From: Trichosphaerium sp. ATCC 40318
Taxonomy: Eukaryota; Protista; Tubulinea
Assembly (NCBI GenBank): GCA_038496445.1
Contig: JALMLS010000421.1
Span: forward strand, 1 to 64,000
Direction of reading: 5' to 3'
DNA: 64,000 nucleotides
The position numbers and the translations under genes were made by a program. Positions 12,998-28,601 of this stretch are shown piece by piece (the stretch's first letter is position 1; each line of letters begins with the position of its first letter). The notes under the pieces were generated by a model. That model did no database searches. It had not been told where the DNA came from and saw nothing but the letters and a program-made list of their open reading frames with translations.

Positions 12998-14348
12998 AAC
13001 CCTAGCCCTAACCCTAGCTCAATAGTAGTCAATTGTAAACTTGTAAGGAAAAAAATACACAATGTCAACACAACCCTAATGTAATTTTATGTGTGGTTTT
13101 AATACAATATAGCATAAAATGAAGTTATTGATTGATTCTAATATGAAAATGCCTTTAACATTTTCACACCTACTTGTGATGGCCCTTGGATAAAATAATT
13201 ATCAGTAATGTAACTTGTAAAAAAAAAAAATCTTATGTCAACTCAACCCTAGCCCTAACCCTAGCTCAATAGTAGTCAATTGTAAACTTGTAAGGAAAAA
13301 AATACACAATGTCAACACAACCCTAGCATAATTTTATGTGTATATTTAATGCAACATAGTATAGGATGAAGTGCCATATTAATTCAAGCACAAAAATGTC
13401 TTTGGCATTTCTGCACCTACCCGCGATGGCCCGTACAGGACGATATTCGGCGAATAAAAATCACATAGTCCCTAACCCTAATCACACGAAGATATGTGAT
13501 TAGCTTGCAAAACTGGCCTAAATTAGGAGTATACCATATGGCTACCACCATAAGTAAAGACAGCCAACATATTTCAGGCCAAATCCCAAAAATTCCAAAA
13601 ATCTATTATGGCATGTAGGTAAAAAATTCTTATATTATCTTGCTTCCCATACTCTCATGCATATATCTAAATTGGCCAATATGAATTTGGAAACAAAAAG
13701 TATCTTGGGGTATGGTGGTGAGCAATCCAAAATCAAAAAAATATTGCCAACTTTCACAATTCACCAGTTTTGAATCACATATATGTCACCCACCAAAATA
13801 CACATTTGTACCATGATATACACTAAATATTACGATTGCACACAAAATTAGCACCCTTTTCATAATGCACATGGTCGTGATTACATGCAAAAACGTGTTG
13901 TAAGAAAAGATAAAAGCAACATATGTATTGATAACTTTATATGGTGTGCATGTATGGCAATATCGTTTGTTGCATAATAATTTATGATTAAAATTACATA
14001 CAAGTACATATTTAGGCATTATTGTAATCAAGGCCCCCATACAAACTTCTATTAAATGAAAATCAGCTGGATTTTGGCCATCAAAAGCAAAAAAAGGTCC
14101 CAAAAATGGCTATCTCAGCATATATGCCACCGACATAAATCTAGTTGTTTTTACCAACATCGCAGTGGTGTTTTACATAAGAAAAAGTATTCTATTTTGT
14201 TGAAGGGTATTTTCAAAGGTCAGAATCTGCTAAAACATTTGGCACCTCTGTAGTAGTACCTTAAACCTAATTAAATTCTTAATTTTAATTGGTTTCTAGA
14301 AAAAAACTCCAATCTATGATATTGTTGACTAGGGTTAGGGCTAGGGTT
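12998..14348. repeat. Non-coding repeat bounded by inverted telomere-like 20-mers, with a 247-bp-period tandem duplication
   Basis: AACCCTAGCCCTAACCCTAG at 12998 and 13245; exact reverse complement at 14329-14348. Confidence 0.75.
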
Positions 14349-14845
14349 CCAACCCTATCATGTATTAGGGTTAGGTTATTACAAGTTAGAGATTAGAGAT
14401 CTAGCCTTTATCTCACCTACTTAGTGCTTTAAATGTTTTACTTTGCAAACATACATTACTTGCAATAAGGGTTTAGGATTAGTAAAGTAATAAATTAAAT
14501 GGTTTGTGTACTTGTTGACATTTTAATAGCACTTTAAACATTGGGTTAAGGCTAATTTTAAAACAAAATATGAATAATTTTATTACACAATCATCAATTG
14601 GTATTAACAAACAACAAATAGTAAGATGAAATGTGCCAACATTTAAGTTAAATAACTTTGTCAATTGTGAATCAAATTTTATATAAAGTTTAAATTTACA
14701 GCCCTTACATAAATGCAAACATCGTAACCATACAATTTTACTTTATTGAATATCAATGCATTTGTACATACTGAACGATTGTAACTGCAAAAACAACCTT
14801 GTCAATACAAACAAGTTAACCGAGTGATTCAGGATCACGCATGTT

Positions 14846-15949
14846 TTCATGAAGTTGGAATAAGCTACAAGACGTAAATAAAAACTAAACAAACGGCTAA
14901 CAAAAACGCACTCCATATCTCTGTAGTATTTCTCTTCAAAGATTTCGCCCATGCTATCCTCACCCAAAATTTCTTTAACATCAGCAACGTAGTCAAGTCG
15001 GTAAGTCATCAACTCATCGATTTTAGCCAATTTGTTATCTGCGTTGTTGGTTAGATTTAAAACAAAAAAAATACCGTTAAAAACGTGTAGGCTCGCTACA
15101 TAATTCGTAGAAACAACGTACAGTCGACGTTAACTTCAGTCAACAACTCGCGCTTAAATTCGAGTTCTCCGAGAGTCTCGCACTCCTAACGCAAGCCGTA
15201 AGCGATAAATTGTTATAAAGGAACAAAAACAAACAAGCACTACGGCATGTGATTTGCAAAGAAAAAAATCGTACGTCTACATAACGCCTTTCAAGCTCAG
15301 CGGCTCTCAATTGCTCTTTGATGTCGTCCATCTCTGTTCTTTTGGTGTTTTCTACCCTGGTACGTAGTTAGGGCCAAAGAAAACCAACAACGTTACAAAA
15401 CGTGAATAATAAACAAATATTTGGCGTTGGCGCACCTGACTTCTTGTTCGAAGGTAATAGCGTGTTGCCTCATAGTTGGTGAAGCGAACATGCCTACGAG
15501 GTTAGGGCCACCGAGAGCGTGGGAAGAGAAATCAGCTAAGTTCTCCTCAACGATAGTGTTGTATTTATCCTTTAGCTCAAGGGTTTCTAAATTAAAGTAA
15601 ATTGGAGCGCCGTAAGCGAAATACAACCACAACAAGCGGCCAAAAACCAAAAAAAAAAAAAAATTATGTGACGCCGCTGGTGTGTTTCAGCTATTTCGTC
15701 ACCCACAAAAACCCGTCTGTACTTACTGGCCTCTAAAACACAATCGTTTGCTTCTGTGGTTTTACCCAAGGCTCTAAGCTTAGAAGCCTGCTCTCTGTAT
15801 TCTTGAGCTGTGGAAGGGCGTACTTCGTTAGCGTAGTACGGGTCCTTTTTCTTTTCTGCGTCCAAAGCGGCGTATTTCTTTTGGACAGAGACGAGTTTTG
15901 GGTGTGGTGTTCCCTTTGGACCGGCTGCAAGTGCTGTGAACCGAATCAT
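14846..15949 (-). CDS. Hypothetical membrane protein, possibly mitochondrial; frameshift at a poly-A tract
   Basis: MIRFTALAAG... frame switches at the homopolymer near 15648-15663 into LVFGRLLWLYFAYG; further spliced exons down to ~14850. Head-to-head with mL52. 3' end approximate. Confidence 0.55.
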
Positions 15950-16121
15950 TGTTAAACAATAGCGTCGAACTGATTTAGGGCGGTCAGTGCGAGTAAATGT
16001 GTGGCAAAAAAAAAAATCACGCAATAGCTAAGTTAGCCAACAACAAACCCCAGCAAAACGTCACCCGCGTTTTGTATTACCTTCACTTCTCTACCCTCCA
16101 CATAAAAGACAAAAAACGAGA

Positions 16122-16655
16122 ATGTCGCTCTCTATGCTGTTGTGTAGAAGAGTTGGATTTGCCGCTAAGGCACAAGTACGCACAACAGCGCGTGCTGGGC
16201 AGCATTTGAGAGCGTCTGTTGGCTCAGGGCGCTCAGGAAACGAGGATGGCCCACTACACGACCTAAACGATTGGCACTTCGCTGGTACGAACAATACCGC
16301 AGCTTTTTTGAAAAAAGGTCCAAAACAACGCAAAAAACACTTTTGATAAGCGTCCAATGTAGCCACACCAAAACATACGTGATATGCAGTGCCTACAGGC
16401 GGGTTTTTTAGCTGTAATCTGCGTCTAACATTGAGTTCAGACGGTACATTACCCCCAGACAACGCCAAGCGTATAAAATGGAAAACAGCGAGAAATGAAG
16501 AGGCCGAACGCGTTGAAAGATTGAAAAAGGAAATGATTGACTTACACGAATTCTGGGAGGCAAAAGAGCGCAAGGAGAGGGCGTACAAGCATGTTACCAC
16601 ACCAGAAATTATCAATAAGGGCGATACACGCACAACAGGGCCTATCGTTGAATAG
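16122..16655 (+). CDS. MRPL52: Mitochondrial ribosomal protein mL52
   Basis: Basic presequence, then AGQHLRASVG...GPLHDLNDWHFA|DGTLPP (family motif GPLxDLPDWSYxDG); intron 16285-16440. Confidence 0.85.
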
Positions 16656-16940
16656 GAAAGCGTCGTTTGTAAAATTAGACTGACACTTGATATTGATGAA
16701 ATGGTTTTCAGACAAAAACAAAATAAGCAATCGCTTTTATATAGGCTATGTACAATAAACGCATCATTTAATCTGACGTGAGTACAACGCGCCTGTTACT
16801 TGCAAATTAAAGCACTTATAACTTTGGGATCACGTGATCTGTGGAGGAAAGGAGCAATTATTGACACCGTAGTTAACGAAAATATTTTAAATTTATTATT
16901 TTTTTTTGAAGTGACACTTCGTATAGCCTGTTTTGAATCC

Positions 16941-19900
16941 TTATGCAACAAATTTCCACACGAATATTATGCCAGCGAGAATGACAATACAAGCAAGGCA
17001 ACCGCATACAGCCAGTACCTGTGTTGGAGTCAGTTAGCAACAAAATAGCGAAATAAGATGAACAGTAAAATCACAGTACGCACCTTCCATCTGTACTTGC
17101 GCCACAGTACGTTTTTGAGGTACTTATCAGGGCGCAAAAATGGGTTGAACGATGTATCAGGGCGGTTGGGTTTAGGCAAGTTTGGATGTTGGTTTGGTTC
17201 ACCTCTTCCTAGACCAACTAAAGCATAACAGTCAGCGTGTTTAAAATGAACGATAAAATGGTTGTACCAGGGAATTTAGCAGCTTCAGATGCTGGCATCA
17301 ATTGGACTGAAATCTCACAACGCCCCTTTAACACAACATTAGGAATTTGCTCTGTTAGGGTTTTTTTATCATTTAGTAGGTTTGCGTACTTGACAGCCGT
17401 CAAAGTTAGGATGGGTCATTTCTATCCATTGCTTCTTTATCTGTTGCACCTCTTTAGGGTTCTTCTTGTTTTTGTATGCCTATTGAGGGTCAGTACACCT
17501 GTATACAAAACAAACAAGGAAATATATCCTACCTTGCGGTACAGTGGTTTGAGGTTTAACCTTGCTTCGCATACGGCCTCATTAGGTGGCAAGCTATCGT
17601 TATCCCATATTTGAATATTAAAGTATGGGTATCGCATATCATGTGCGTCTTGCTCTGGGCCAATCGAGACATTCCACACCATACGCCAATTAAACATACC
17701 TACATACAAAGTCAGAAAACTGAGTATTTTTTAAGATGTAGTGGTACCTTTGCCGTCTTCTGAGCGGTAATGCACATCTGTGGTCTGACGCTTCTGTCTT
17801 TCAGGTTTGCAAGACACGAAAATATCGCTCATCGGACCAGAAATGATACCTTTCTGAAAAAACCCAGATTAATCACGTGCCATTACATGCTATCAAAATC
17901 CGTACACTATCCTTGAATACGACATCTTTGGTATTCCATACAATGACACGAAGAGACCATTCCTCTGGCTGAGGTGGGCGGATATCTTCAGGTGGATTCT
18001 TACGAGCTTCCTCAGGTGTCATCATGTCTATCCACATTTCGACACGTCCCTAAAATAACTAAGTTCCAAAGTTGCTGATGGTGCTATCAAAATATACCTG
18101 CTGGATCTTACTGGCAGGATGCCACAAGTTTCTGAATTCGATAGGCTTCTTAGCCATACGTTGCCATTCCTGACTGTACCACCTATAATTTTTTTAAAAC
18201 TAGGCCGCCTTTCTTCTTTTTTTTTTAAAAGTTGTTGTACCTGTTCTCCAAGTCGATTTCTGTGGTGCCAACAAGGTCATCAGTCAAAGGATCATGATCC
18301 CATACGGATAGAGATATTGTTGAGTTCTCTGAAGGTATTTGTGTCGGGAACTAAAAGGGTTAGAAAGACGCTTGTTTGAGACGCCGAATGTTGGGTACCT
18401 CGTAGCACTTGTAAAATCCTGGATTGAGTGTACCACTAATCATGTTCTTCTTGTCAACAATGTCAGGTTTACCACCTGTCAAAACACGTTAGCAAATGTG
18501 TCATAATCAATAATTAGTACCCTTCTTTCCGTTATTGATTTCAATGTAGGCATCTACAAATCCGTCCTATTAAAGAGTGAGTTAAATTTTAAGTTGGTTG
18601 AACCAGCCTACGTCATCTTGAGGTGCAAGTTGATGTCCACGGAGCACGTAGATGCGAGTAATGATTTGCTGTTGTTTAAACAATTCAGTAGCTTGCTGCA
18701 TAGGCTTTGCTGATGATTGCTCTTGCAACGTCATAACGGCCTTGATTTGAAGAGTTAATTACGGTTTACCTCACGGTTAGTGGTAGTTGTACCTTTAAAG
18801 TACCAGCAAGCTTCACCTTGGTCTCCATTTTGAAGTGAACGGATTGAAGTTGGTGCTATGCTTGTACAAAGGAATGTTCTGGAAGGGTGCGAGAGACGTC
18901 TCCAGAAGAACTTTGTCGAGCTCACGATGATGGATAGGACGTTGGTCTGAATCATCCTTCTCCTCTACTTCTTCTTCCTCGTCTACAAACGTCAACACAA
19001 GTAAAATCTCATACAAGTATAAAAATGGTACCCTCAGCGCCTTCAAGGAACGATTGACCAACCTCTAATTGCTTACAGTCTATTGAATGTTAATCGATAC
19101 TAAAGTAGTATATGGCTATACCTTCGAGTTTTATTGTCAATTCATCAGCTTCGGTAGGAAGCATAGAGTCACCTATAAGATCTTCTTTTTCATTAGGATC
19201 AGCAATATCCATTTGACCTTTTAACTGTGGTTAACCATTTGTCTTAAAGGTGATATTCTAGCTCACCGTACCTGGTAGTCCGCTTCTCTTTTTCCTTGGT
19301 CCTTCCTACAACAAACTTAGCAAGGGTAATTGATTGATTCACAAACCAAAGAGTCTTCCAATCCAACCAAAGGCTCACGTGTCTCAGTATCGCTCTCCAT
19401 ATCACTGGCATTGTCATTATCTTGATTAATAGTCAATACAATAAAAAAGGACGGTCGATGCGGAACTCTTACCATGTTTGTGATGTGGCAAGTCAAGTTC
19501 TTCTATCGAATCTTCGTTGTCCAGCTCGTGGTCTGCAACCTCTTCCAGTTCGTCGCCAGCAAAGCGAAGTTCTACGATAGTTTAGTTTCCTGTGAGCAAT
19601 TAAGAAGTATACCGTTCTCTTTTCTATCATCCCAAGGACATAATCCGCCGGTAAAATAAGCACCTACATCACAAACGGTAAGATACAGGTTATGCGAAGA
19701 AGTTCGTTAAGATGATTAAAATAATGAGAATGTACCAGTAGCAACGGATTGAGTTAGTTTGGTAAAACCAAGTGATATGGTCTCATCCACAAGGCGAATG
19801 TTAATAACAGGAGCCAAACGGGCATCATCTGGGCAATCCAAACTGAGACGTACAGTCTATCACACAAGTTACACGAAGAGGGTTTTGCTAGAAAGGAGAA

Positions 19901-22900
19901 TGACATACCTCCAAAATATTAAGATCGTTCTTTCCGAACTTGAGGTTCTTTGGCTTTGTTTCAACACTGTTCTTTTTGTTTGAACCATACATCTTCAACT
20001 GAGGTTTGTTCATAGGTAATCCATTAACACTAGTCAAATCCTTCAAAGACATGACAGCAATATCCAAGAAACAAGGCTATAACAAAAAAAACGGTGAACA
20101 TTATTCGATCGTATAGAATAACTATCCATTACCTTTATGGTCTTTGGCTTAATTGGTTGTAGTGGATAGCTTGATATCGATTCTTTAGGAACCAATTGGA
20201 ATGATGCAAGGATTCTTCCTTCTGGAGTGTTATTATTCTTTTTAAAGATATCATACCTACACTCCAATTAGTTAACTGTCAAAAAAGCTAAATATTGTAC
20301 TTACCAACGAGGCTCCTTTTGGTCTGGAGTTATATCAGCACAATGGATTGTGCACCGACCAATAAAGTCATCGGTCAAGTCATCCTTATCGTACACCATC
20401 AAGCTAACGTTCTGAGCACGTGTCAAATCCTCGGCAAGCTCAACATCAAGAAGAACAGTTTCGAACCTATTTTATATTTTTAGTTCTAACAACTAGAATG
20501 GAAAGTAGGTTACGCACCACATAGGATCATTACTGTCAGGAATCACCCGTGTTTTTCCTTTTATATGGCCTACCACAACTCTTACGTATGGATCGTTAGC
20601 TCCAGAGTTATCTGCGATGGCAAGATCACTAGGACGAAATTACAACACCGTCATTACTTTCGACTGTCTTACCGTCCTTGATAAATGTTGGCACGGAGTT
20701 GGTACTGCCTCAATTTAGGAGGATCTATTGCCACACGATGAACCGGTTTGATCTCCTCTGAAGGTCCAAAGGTAACCCTTTTTTTTATTTAATCATTGCT
20801 GCTTTCAAAAAAAAAGTTGAACTCCATCACAAAACGTACTTGCAAAGAAGATAACCAGGAATTTCAGAAGACTTCAACTTAGTGTATGGATCCAATTCAA
20901 TCTCGTGCCATTTGAGAGGTGCATCACGTTTTAGTTCTGAAAGCTATAAGACCAATATTAGTAACAGTGAAGCCAAACAAGAAGAGGCACCTTGAATCGA
21001 ATGTAACTAGCAAAAGAATAAGCAAACTGTACAACATTTAACAGAAAACAAACCGACATACCCGAATCTATCTTTTCCAATGACACCTCCTTTTGAGTAA
21101 CATAGCAAGAACAAGTCTGGCATTTGTTCTGGGTCTGTAGGTATTGTCATATCTATCTCAGGGATAGGGACGTAAAACTGAACATGACCTTTCTATCAAG
21201 ACAAAATTATTTGTTACCCACAACAACTTATGAATAACGCACCTTCACAGCACACCACTTGGTTTTCTGATCCCAAGCTGGGTTGTTTGCAATCAACACT
21301 TGAATTTGTAGGCTACTTCCATCAGGAACTATCATTACTTCATTAGAATACAAGTTATTTAAAAAAAACAGTAAAGGTACTTGAATCGGCTTCAGCAAGA
21401 TCAACACCTAGAATTGTTGTAAGTTACGACAGTAAAGACAAGTCATGAGATAAAGCATACGTAATGTATATGCTCTTTCTGGAGGTACCGGACCGCCTGT
21501 TGTAGCTTTGACACCAGGCTAAGACAAGAGTGAGGATTACGAGATATTTTCATGAATAAAATACGCTCTTACCTTGAGACCCATGCTGCCTTCACGAACA
21601 GCAGACTCAAGTAAAATACGGCCGCGAACAAGCTTCTTGGTCTCCATTCCACGTTTTCCTGACATATCAGCATACAAGTTATACCATCGAGGTGGCACGT
21701 GCTGGCCCTCTGCTTTTTCAATCTCGCTACGACTCAAATCCAGTAGGGCAATGAGCTCATCTTTTCCAACCGACTACGAGGAAAAATCAGCCACAAAGAG
21801 CTTCTTAGTAGTTCATCATGCGTACATCCCAATCTCGAATGTTTAATGATACCCTATCGGCGAAACATGGGGCTGTGTATGGTAGAAGAAGCTCTTGATT
21901 CCACACTGGAGACAGAGTTTTCTTCTTTGTGGAGGTTTTAACCTTATTCCCGGCGAAATTAACATTTACATAGGCATCACATTTACCAACTACAAACAGC
22001 ACGTGAGTTAAAATAGAGACGATCAATAGCAGACTTACAAGAATCCATCTTTGGGAGATGTTGTGCTTGAAGAACCTTTAACGAAACCATCATATCTTTA
22101 GATTCAATACTTGGTGCGCCGATGACCTATTTGATGGATGTTAGTGTATATCTAAAACAAATCATCCGCTACGCACCATTGACTGTAAGTCAGTTATATT
22201 ATCGAGTGTCTCGTCTCCTTCTCCAGGTTCGTGATGTGGTACCTCGTCGCCGGCAGCGAGAACGAGAATAGATACTTTCAAGTAACCCTGAACAAAAAAA
22301 ATGAGTAATCTGTTTTTTCAAAAAAATGAAAAACCCACAAAACTTTTCTGCGCTTGAAAATATTAACAGCATGTTGTGGGGATAAAATCTTTGATGTTTT
22401 GGCAAAAGGGAGCGTACTTGAACTCCCTCAAATTTGCTTTTGGGATCTGTAAGCACGAGCCACTTTTTAAACACCTCGTGATTCGGTTGGGCATACACAA
22501 AAGCAATATCAATTTCGTGAGAACCTAAGAAGTGTTATCACGTGAGCAATCACGTTTACACTAAAACCGATTGTTTTAGTGTTTAATTTGAGGTACTCAC
22601 CGATTATAACGTTGCGGAGAACTGTGTTGGCGTCAAAAATATTGATACGTATTTTTTCGCGGTTAAACTGCTCCTTGTTCATTTTTACCCTGTACAAAGA
22701 TTTGGTTTACGGAGTAGTGAGGCGAAAAATAAAAAAATCTTTTCTATCAGGTCTGGTTACAAACATTCTCGGCTATTTTCTACCAAGCGTTTTTCAGAGC
22801 ACGTGTTTAAAAAAAAGGTCACAGGAGAAAAGAGAAAAAGATTATTGTCTAAAAAGCAAAAAAAACGGCAAAAGGATCGCCACGCTCACCTAAACAAGAA

Positions 22901-23137
22901 GAGTCTATCGAAGGTACAAGCAGTTGTTTGGTGATAGATATCGGTATTTTCTTCCTTGCCCATAACTTTAACGAAGGCGACAGGATCAGACATGCCTGAC
23001 TTGTCCCTGTAGGGTGGCACAAGAAGGTAAGGTTACATAGAAGCGGGTTATATTTTTACGCACCTCCCTTTGAGCTCCATGCCCTCAATGACGTGCACTC
23101 GCACTTGATACTCATCCTTTGTCTTACTGTCTTCCAT
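16941..23137 (-). CDS. Ferlin family multi-C2 tail-anchored protein
   Basis: Multiple C2 exons ([32 protein letters not shown]), [38 protein letters not shown] and a C-terminal TM helix; >30 short introns. Confidence 0.93.
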
Positions 23138-23467
23138 TTGGCGGCGACTGTAGGTTCTTTTTTTTACCTCAAGCTGCCTCCTTGTTTGTAAAACGAAAAA
23201 GATGATATCGATGAGCTGTGACACAGTGCTCATTTTGTGTGAACCAGACGCCTTTCTAGCGTTGATTTACGTTGCATTTGAGGAGCCTAAGCCTAACAGT
23301 TCGTGATGCAAAAACCTGAGGTGTCAAAAAGTACGCTGCGTTTTTGGTGTGTAGTAGTAGCCTCATTAGTCGCCGTACAAACCGGCAGTACAATCTTCAA
23401 GTTGTGATGGTTTGGCTTGCTTAATCCCCTAAAAGCATAAAAAGTAAAATACACTACTGCAACAATC

Positions 23468-25106
23468 ATGCCTGCTAAGGGTGGTAATATTTTTTGCAGT
23501 CCGTACTCAATTGGCGCCGGTGTAGCGTTTTTGGGTTTCGTACTTATGATCTTGGGCCTCATCCTCTTCGCTACAGCTCCAAACAACGGTATGAAAGAGT
23601 GCACCGTAATCGATTTCCCTCTATATTTAAACATAATTTTTTTATTGATGTTTTAGAAACAAAACTGTGGTACGGTATTTCATTCTGTCCGACAATAGAT
23701 GAAATCGGTGCTACTACAACAAAAACTTGGATTGGCATCAATACGGCTTATAACACCCTTTCCTTTTGCCCACCAATCACTCAACCATCCCCATACTCCA
23801 TTGGTGCTGCTCCTACTTATTCAAACGGAACTTTTGAAACACAACAGTTTTTAATTGAAAAGAACGTGGGTTTCAATGGTAGAGAGTTTATGCCTATTGT
23901 TTGGAGGGCGGGCGAAGGTATGCAGTTGTGCTTTTTTTTTCTCCTTTTTTATCATTAACGCATGAACCAAGTGCCACTCATCGAGTTCTACGTCGAAGAT
24001 GCCTCAGGCACACGCGTTTTTACACAGGTAACACTTTTTCAGTTATTTTCGCTTCGCTTTCGGGTATGACCGTTGACACTCGAAAAGGAGGTTATTTCAT
24101 TGTTGAATGACGATGTCGCCGCTCAAAAGCTCACAAATGAATTACGCAGTACCCAAAACAAACGTATGCTGTTTGGTGGAACTGCACTATTTCTCTTAAC
24201 CAAATAAATAGGTAGCTTGATGAAGGCTGGTTACAGTTCAGGTAGTGGATACTACTTCAGAGCTAGAAGAGCAGGTGAGATTGTTTAAACCTTCAAGTTC
24301 TCACGTTGCTAACAATGGCACCTAGGTGGTAGTAGATGTGGTTCAATTGGATGCAGTTCGATGAGAAGTACTTACTACGGTGGACACAGATTAACTGGCG
24401 CTGTAACTCAGGGTTAGTTTCTTTCTTTTGAGCACACAACGAAGCGCGAACGGTCTGGTTTTCTTATTCTCATGTCTTGTAGGTACTGTTATTACTGCCT
24501 ACTACAGACAAGGATACCGCCCAAATAACGGAGAGTACATAACAGCTAACTCAAAGAGAACTGTTTGTCAGGATACCTCAAATGGCTGTGACTATGAAGT
24601 AGATAATGATTTCACACGTGAAGAATTTCCACAACACAAATTTGATCCAGAAACGCTGCGATTCCCTTTGACATTGACTGTCACTCGGTACAAATAGCAA
24701 CTTTGTGACATACTAGATTCTCATTTTTCTCTCAAGCGTCCTTGCCAAATCACCTCCTAATCACATTCTTGTTACTTCTCCTCCAGCTCCTGAAGTCTAC
24801 ATCACGTTCTGGACACCAACTATGTCTCCTAATTACATTGTGGGCCTTAAAGTTTTGGTACTCACATAGTTTTAAACATGCGACTAACGCGCCATTAGGT
24901 ACCTATTGGTGTATTGCTTATGGTTCCATTCTCTTGCGCTGCAGCATTTGCCTTTAGCCTCATTAAGAATAAGATATCATACCACTAAATTTGGAAGCGC
25001 ATTAGCTTCCAGCAAGGATATTTGTATGTTCTCTGAAAGATATCTTAGGTTTGTTGGATATGATGTTGTACCAAAACCCAAAAAAGCTATTTTGTTCAAA
25101 AAATAA
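23468..25106 (+). CDS. Hypothetical membrane protein with N- and C-terminal TM helices
   Basis: Hydrophobic AGVAFLGFVLMILGLILFA, Cys-containing spliced middle exons, and a second TM segment near 24900-24965. Confidence 0.7.
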
Positions 25107-25412
25107 TAGACCCACTAAAATGAAATTACTTTAGTAGTAGTTAAATATATGTAACAGTGATGGTACAAATAACGAAATTGCGTGCTTTTGAGGCTATTAA
25201 AGCATAGACGAGGAAAAAAAAGTCAATGCTTATCTTTCGAATTCTGACACGTAAAAAACGTTATTACGTTCCCAATTTTCTTTTCGATTTGGGTAACCTG
25301 TTTGTGGTAGAAGCTACTTGAGACCTGGTGCGTATACGACATTTTTTGAGTCAAGCGTTTTTTTTTAAGTTTCGTTTTTGGCACTTTTACAAACCACAAC
25401 AAACAAGTCGCA

Positions 25413-27712
<2,300 letters not shown>

Positions 27713-27757
27713 GAACACATTAAATAAATCTGCAATATTCTCTATAACAAAAGTCAA

Positions 27758-27790
27758 TTAGGGTTTAGTTTATTAGGTTTAGGGTTAGGT
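27758..27790 (+). repeat. Degenerate TTAGGG/TTTAGG patch
   Basis: ttagggtttagtttattaggtttagggttagg. Confidence 0.5.
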
Positions 27791-27996
27791 TTTTATACAT
27801 CAAGAACTATTTCATTTTAGGAGAAATACACATTAAAATCCTGTTTTCATGGAGTTTGGAGTGTGAAGGAAGGGAAATTGCAGCTTTTTGTAGCACACAA
27901 ACGGTTTAGCACGTGGCTTCCCAAACCATAAAAAAAACATTTTTCAAGTTTTATAAATCTATTTATTATCTAACATTACAAGGGCGTTTTTGCATT

Positions 27997-28542
27997 CTAC
28001 TTTTTTGGGGTTTTCACGCAGTGCTTCTCAAAGAAAGTTTTTGCTTCACGCAAAGAACCTGTCTCGAAGTAGGGCACTCCCATGTGCGCAGCCAATTCTG
28101 TAATTTCAGCATTGCTTACTTTAATATCTTTCTTCTCTGCGTACAGCCCAACCAACAAGGCACAAGATGAGCTCTTATCTCCATCTGCGAATAAAGCAAT
28201 ACTCTCCAATGATTTAACATCTTCTAAAAAGCATACAACGACATACGAGTCTGGCGTTGAACGTAATTTTGGTACGTGGCTGCGACCACCTAGGTAGATG
28301 AAGGTCTGTACAGACTTGTCTAGAGTCTGATTGTCCGATTCTGTTTTAATGATATCTTTGAATTGACGAAAGAATGCTTTAGGGTTGCCTGGTCTGTAGT
28401 GATCCCCAATACCTTTGTATGTGTGCTCACCAGAAGGTTGGAAATCGTTTATCGGTGCGAATGTTCCAAATGAGTTAGATATGCAAGAAATTAACATTGT
28501 GGTGCTTGTGGGGAAGAGTTGTTGTGTTTGTAGTTTAGGCAT
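27997..28542 (-). CDS. Intronless degenerate Ras-superfamily-like protein lacking a P-loop
   Basis: C-terminal half YVVVCF...SLESI...ALLVG...ITELAAHMGVPYFETGS resembles Rho/Rab strands and helices; no GxxxxGK, DxxG or NKxD. Confidence 0.5.
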   Translation of the reverse strand: MPKLQTQQLFPTSTTMLISCISNSFGTFAPINDFQPSGEHTYKGIGDHYRPGNPKAFFRQFKDIIKTESDNQTLDKSVQTFIYLGGRSHVPKLRSTPDSYVVVCFLEDVKSLESIALFADGDKSSSCALLVGLYAEKKDIKVSNAEITELAAHMGVPYFETGSLREAKTFFEKHCVKTPKK

Positions 28543-28601
28543 TCTATTCTGTTAACCAAAAACCAAGCAAGTCTGTTTTTTGTGTCAAACAGTTTTGACT
28601 A

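Noticed and set aside
13786-14718. Short ORFs in the telomere-motif repeat region
   Set aside because: They have no recognisable motifs or consistent exon chain; this is AT-rich decayed repeat DNA.
16091-16633. 180-aa minus-strand ORF
   Set aside because: It is the antisense shadow of the mL52 gene and spans its intron.
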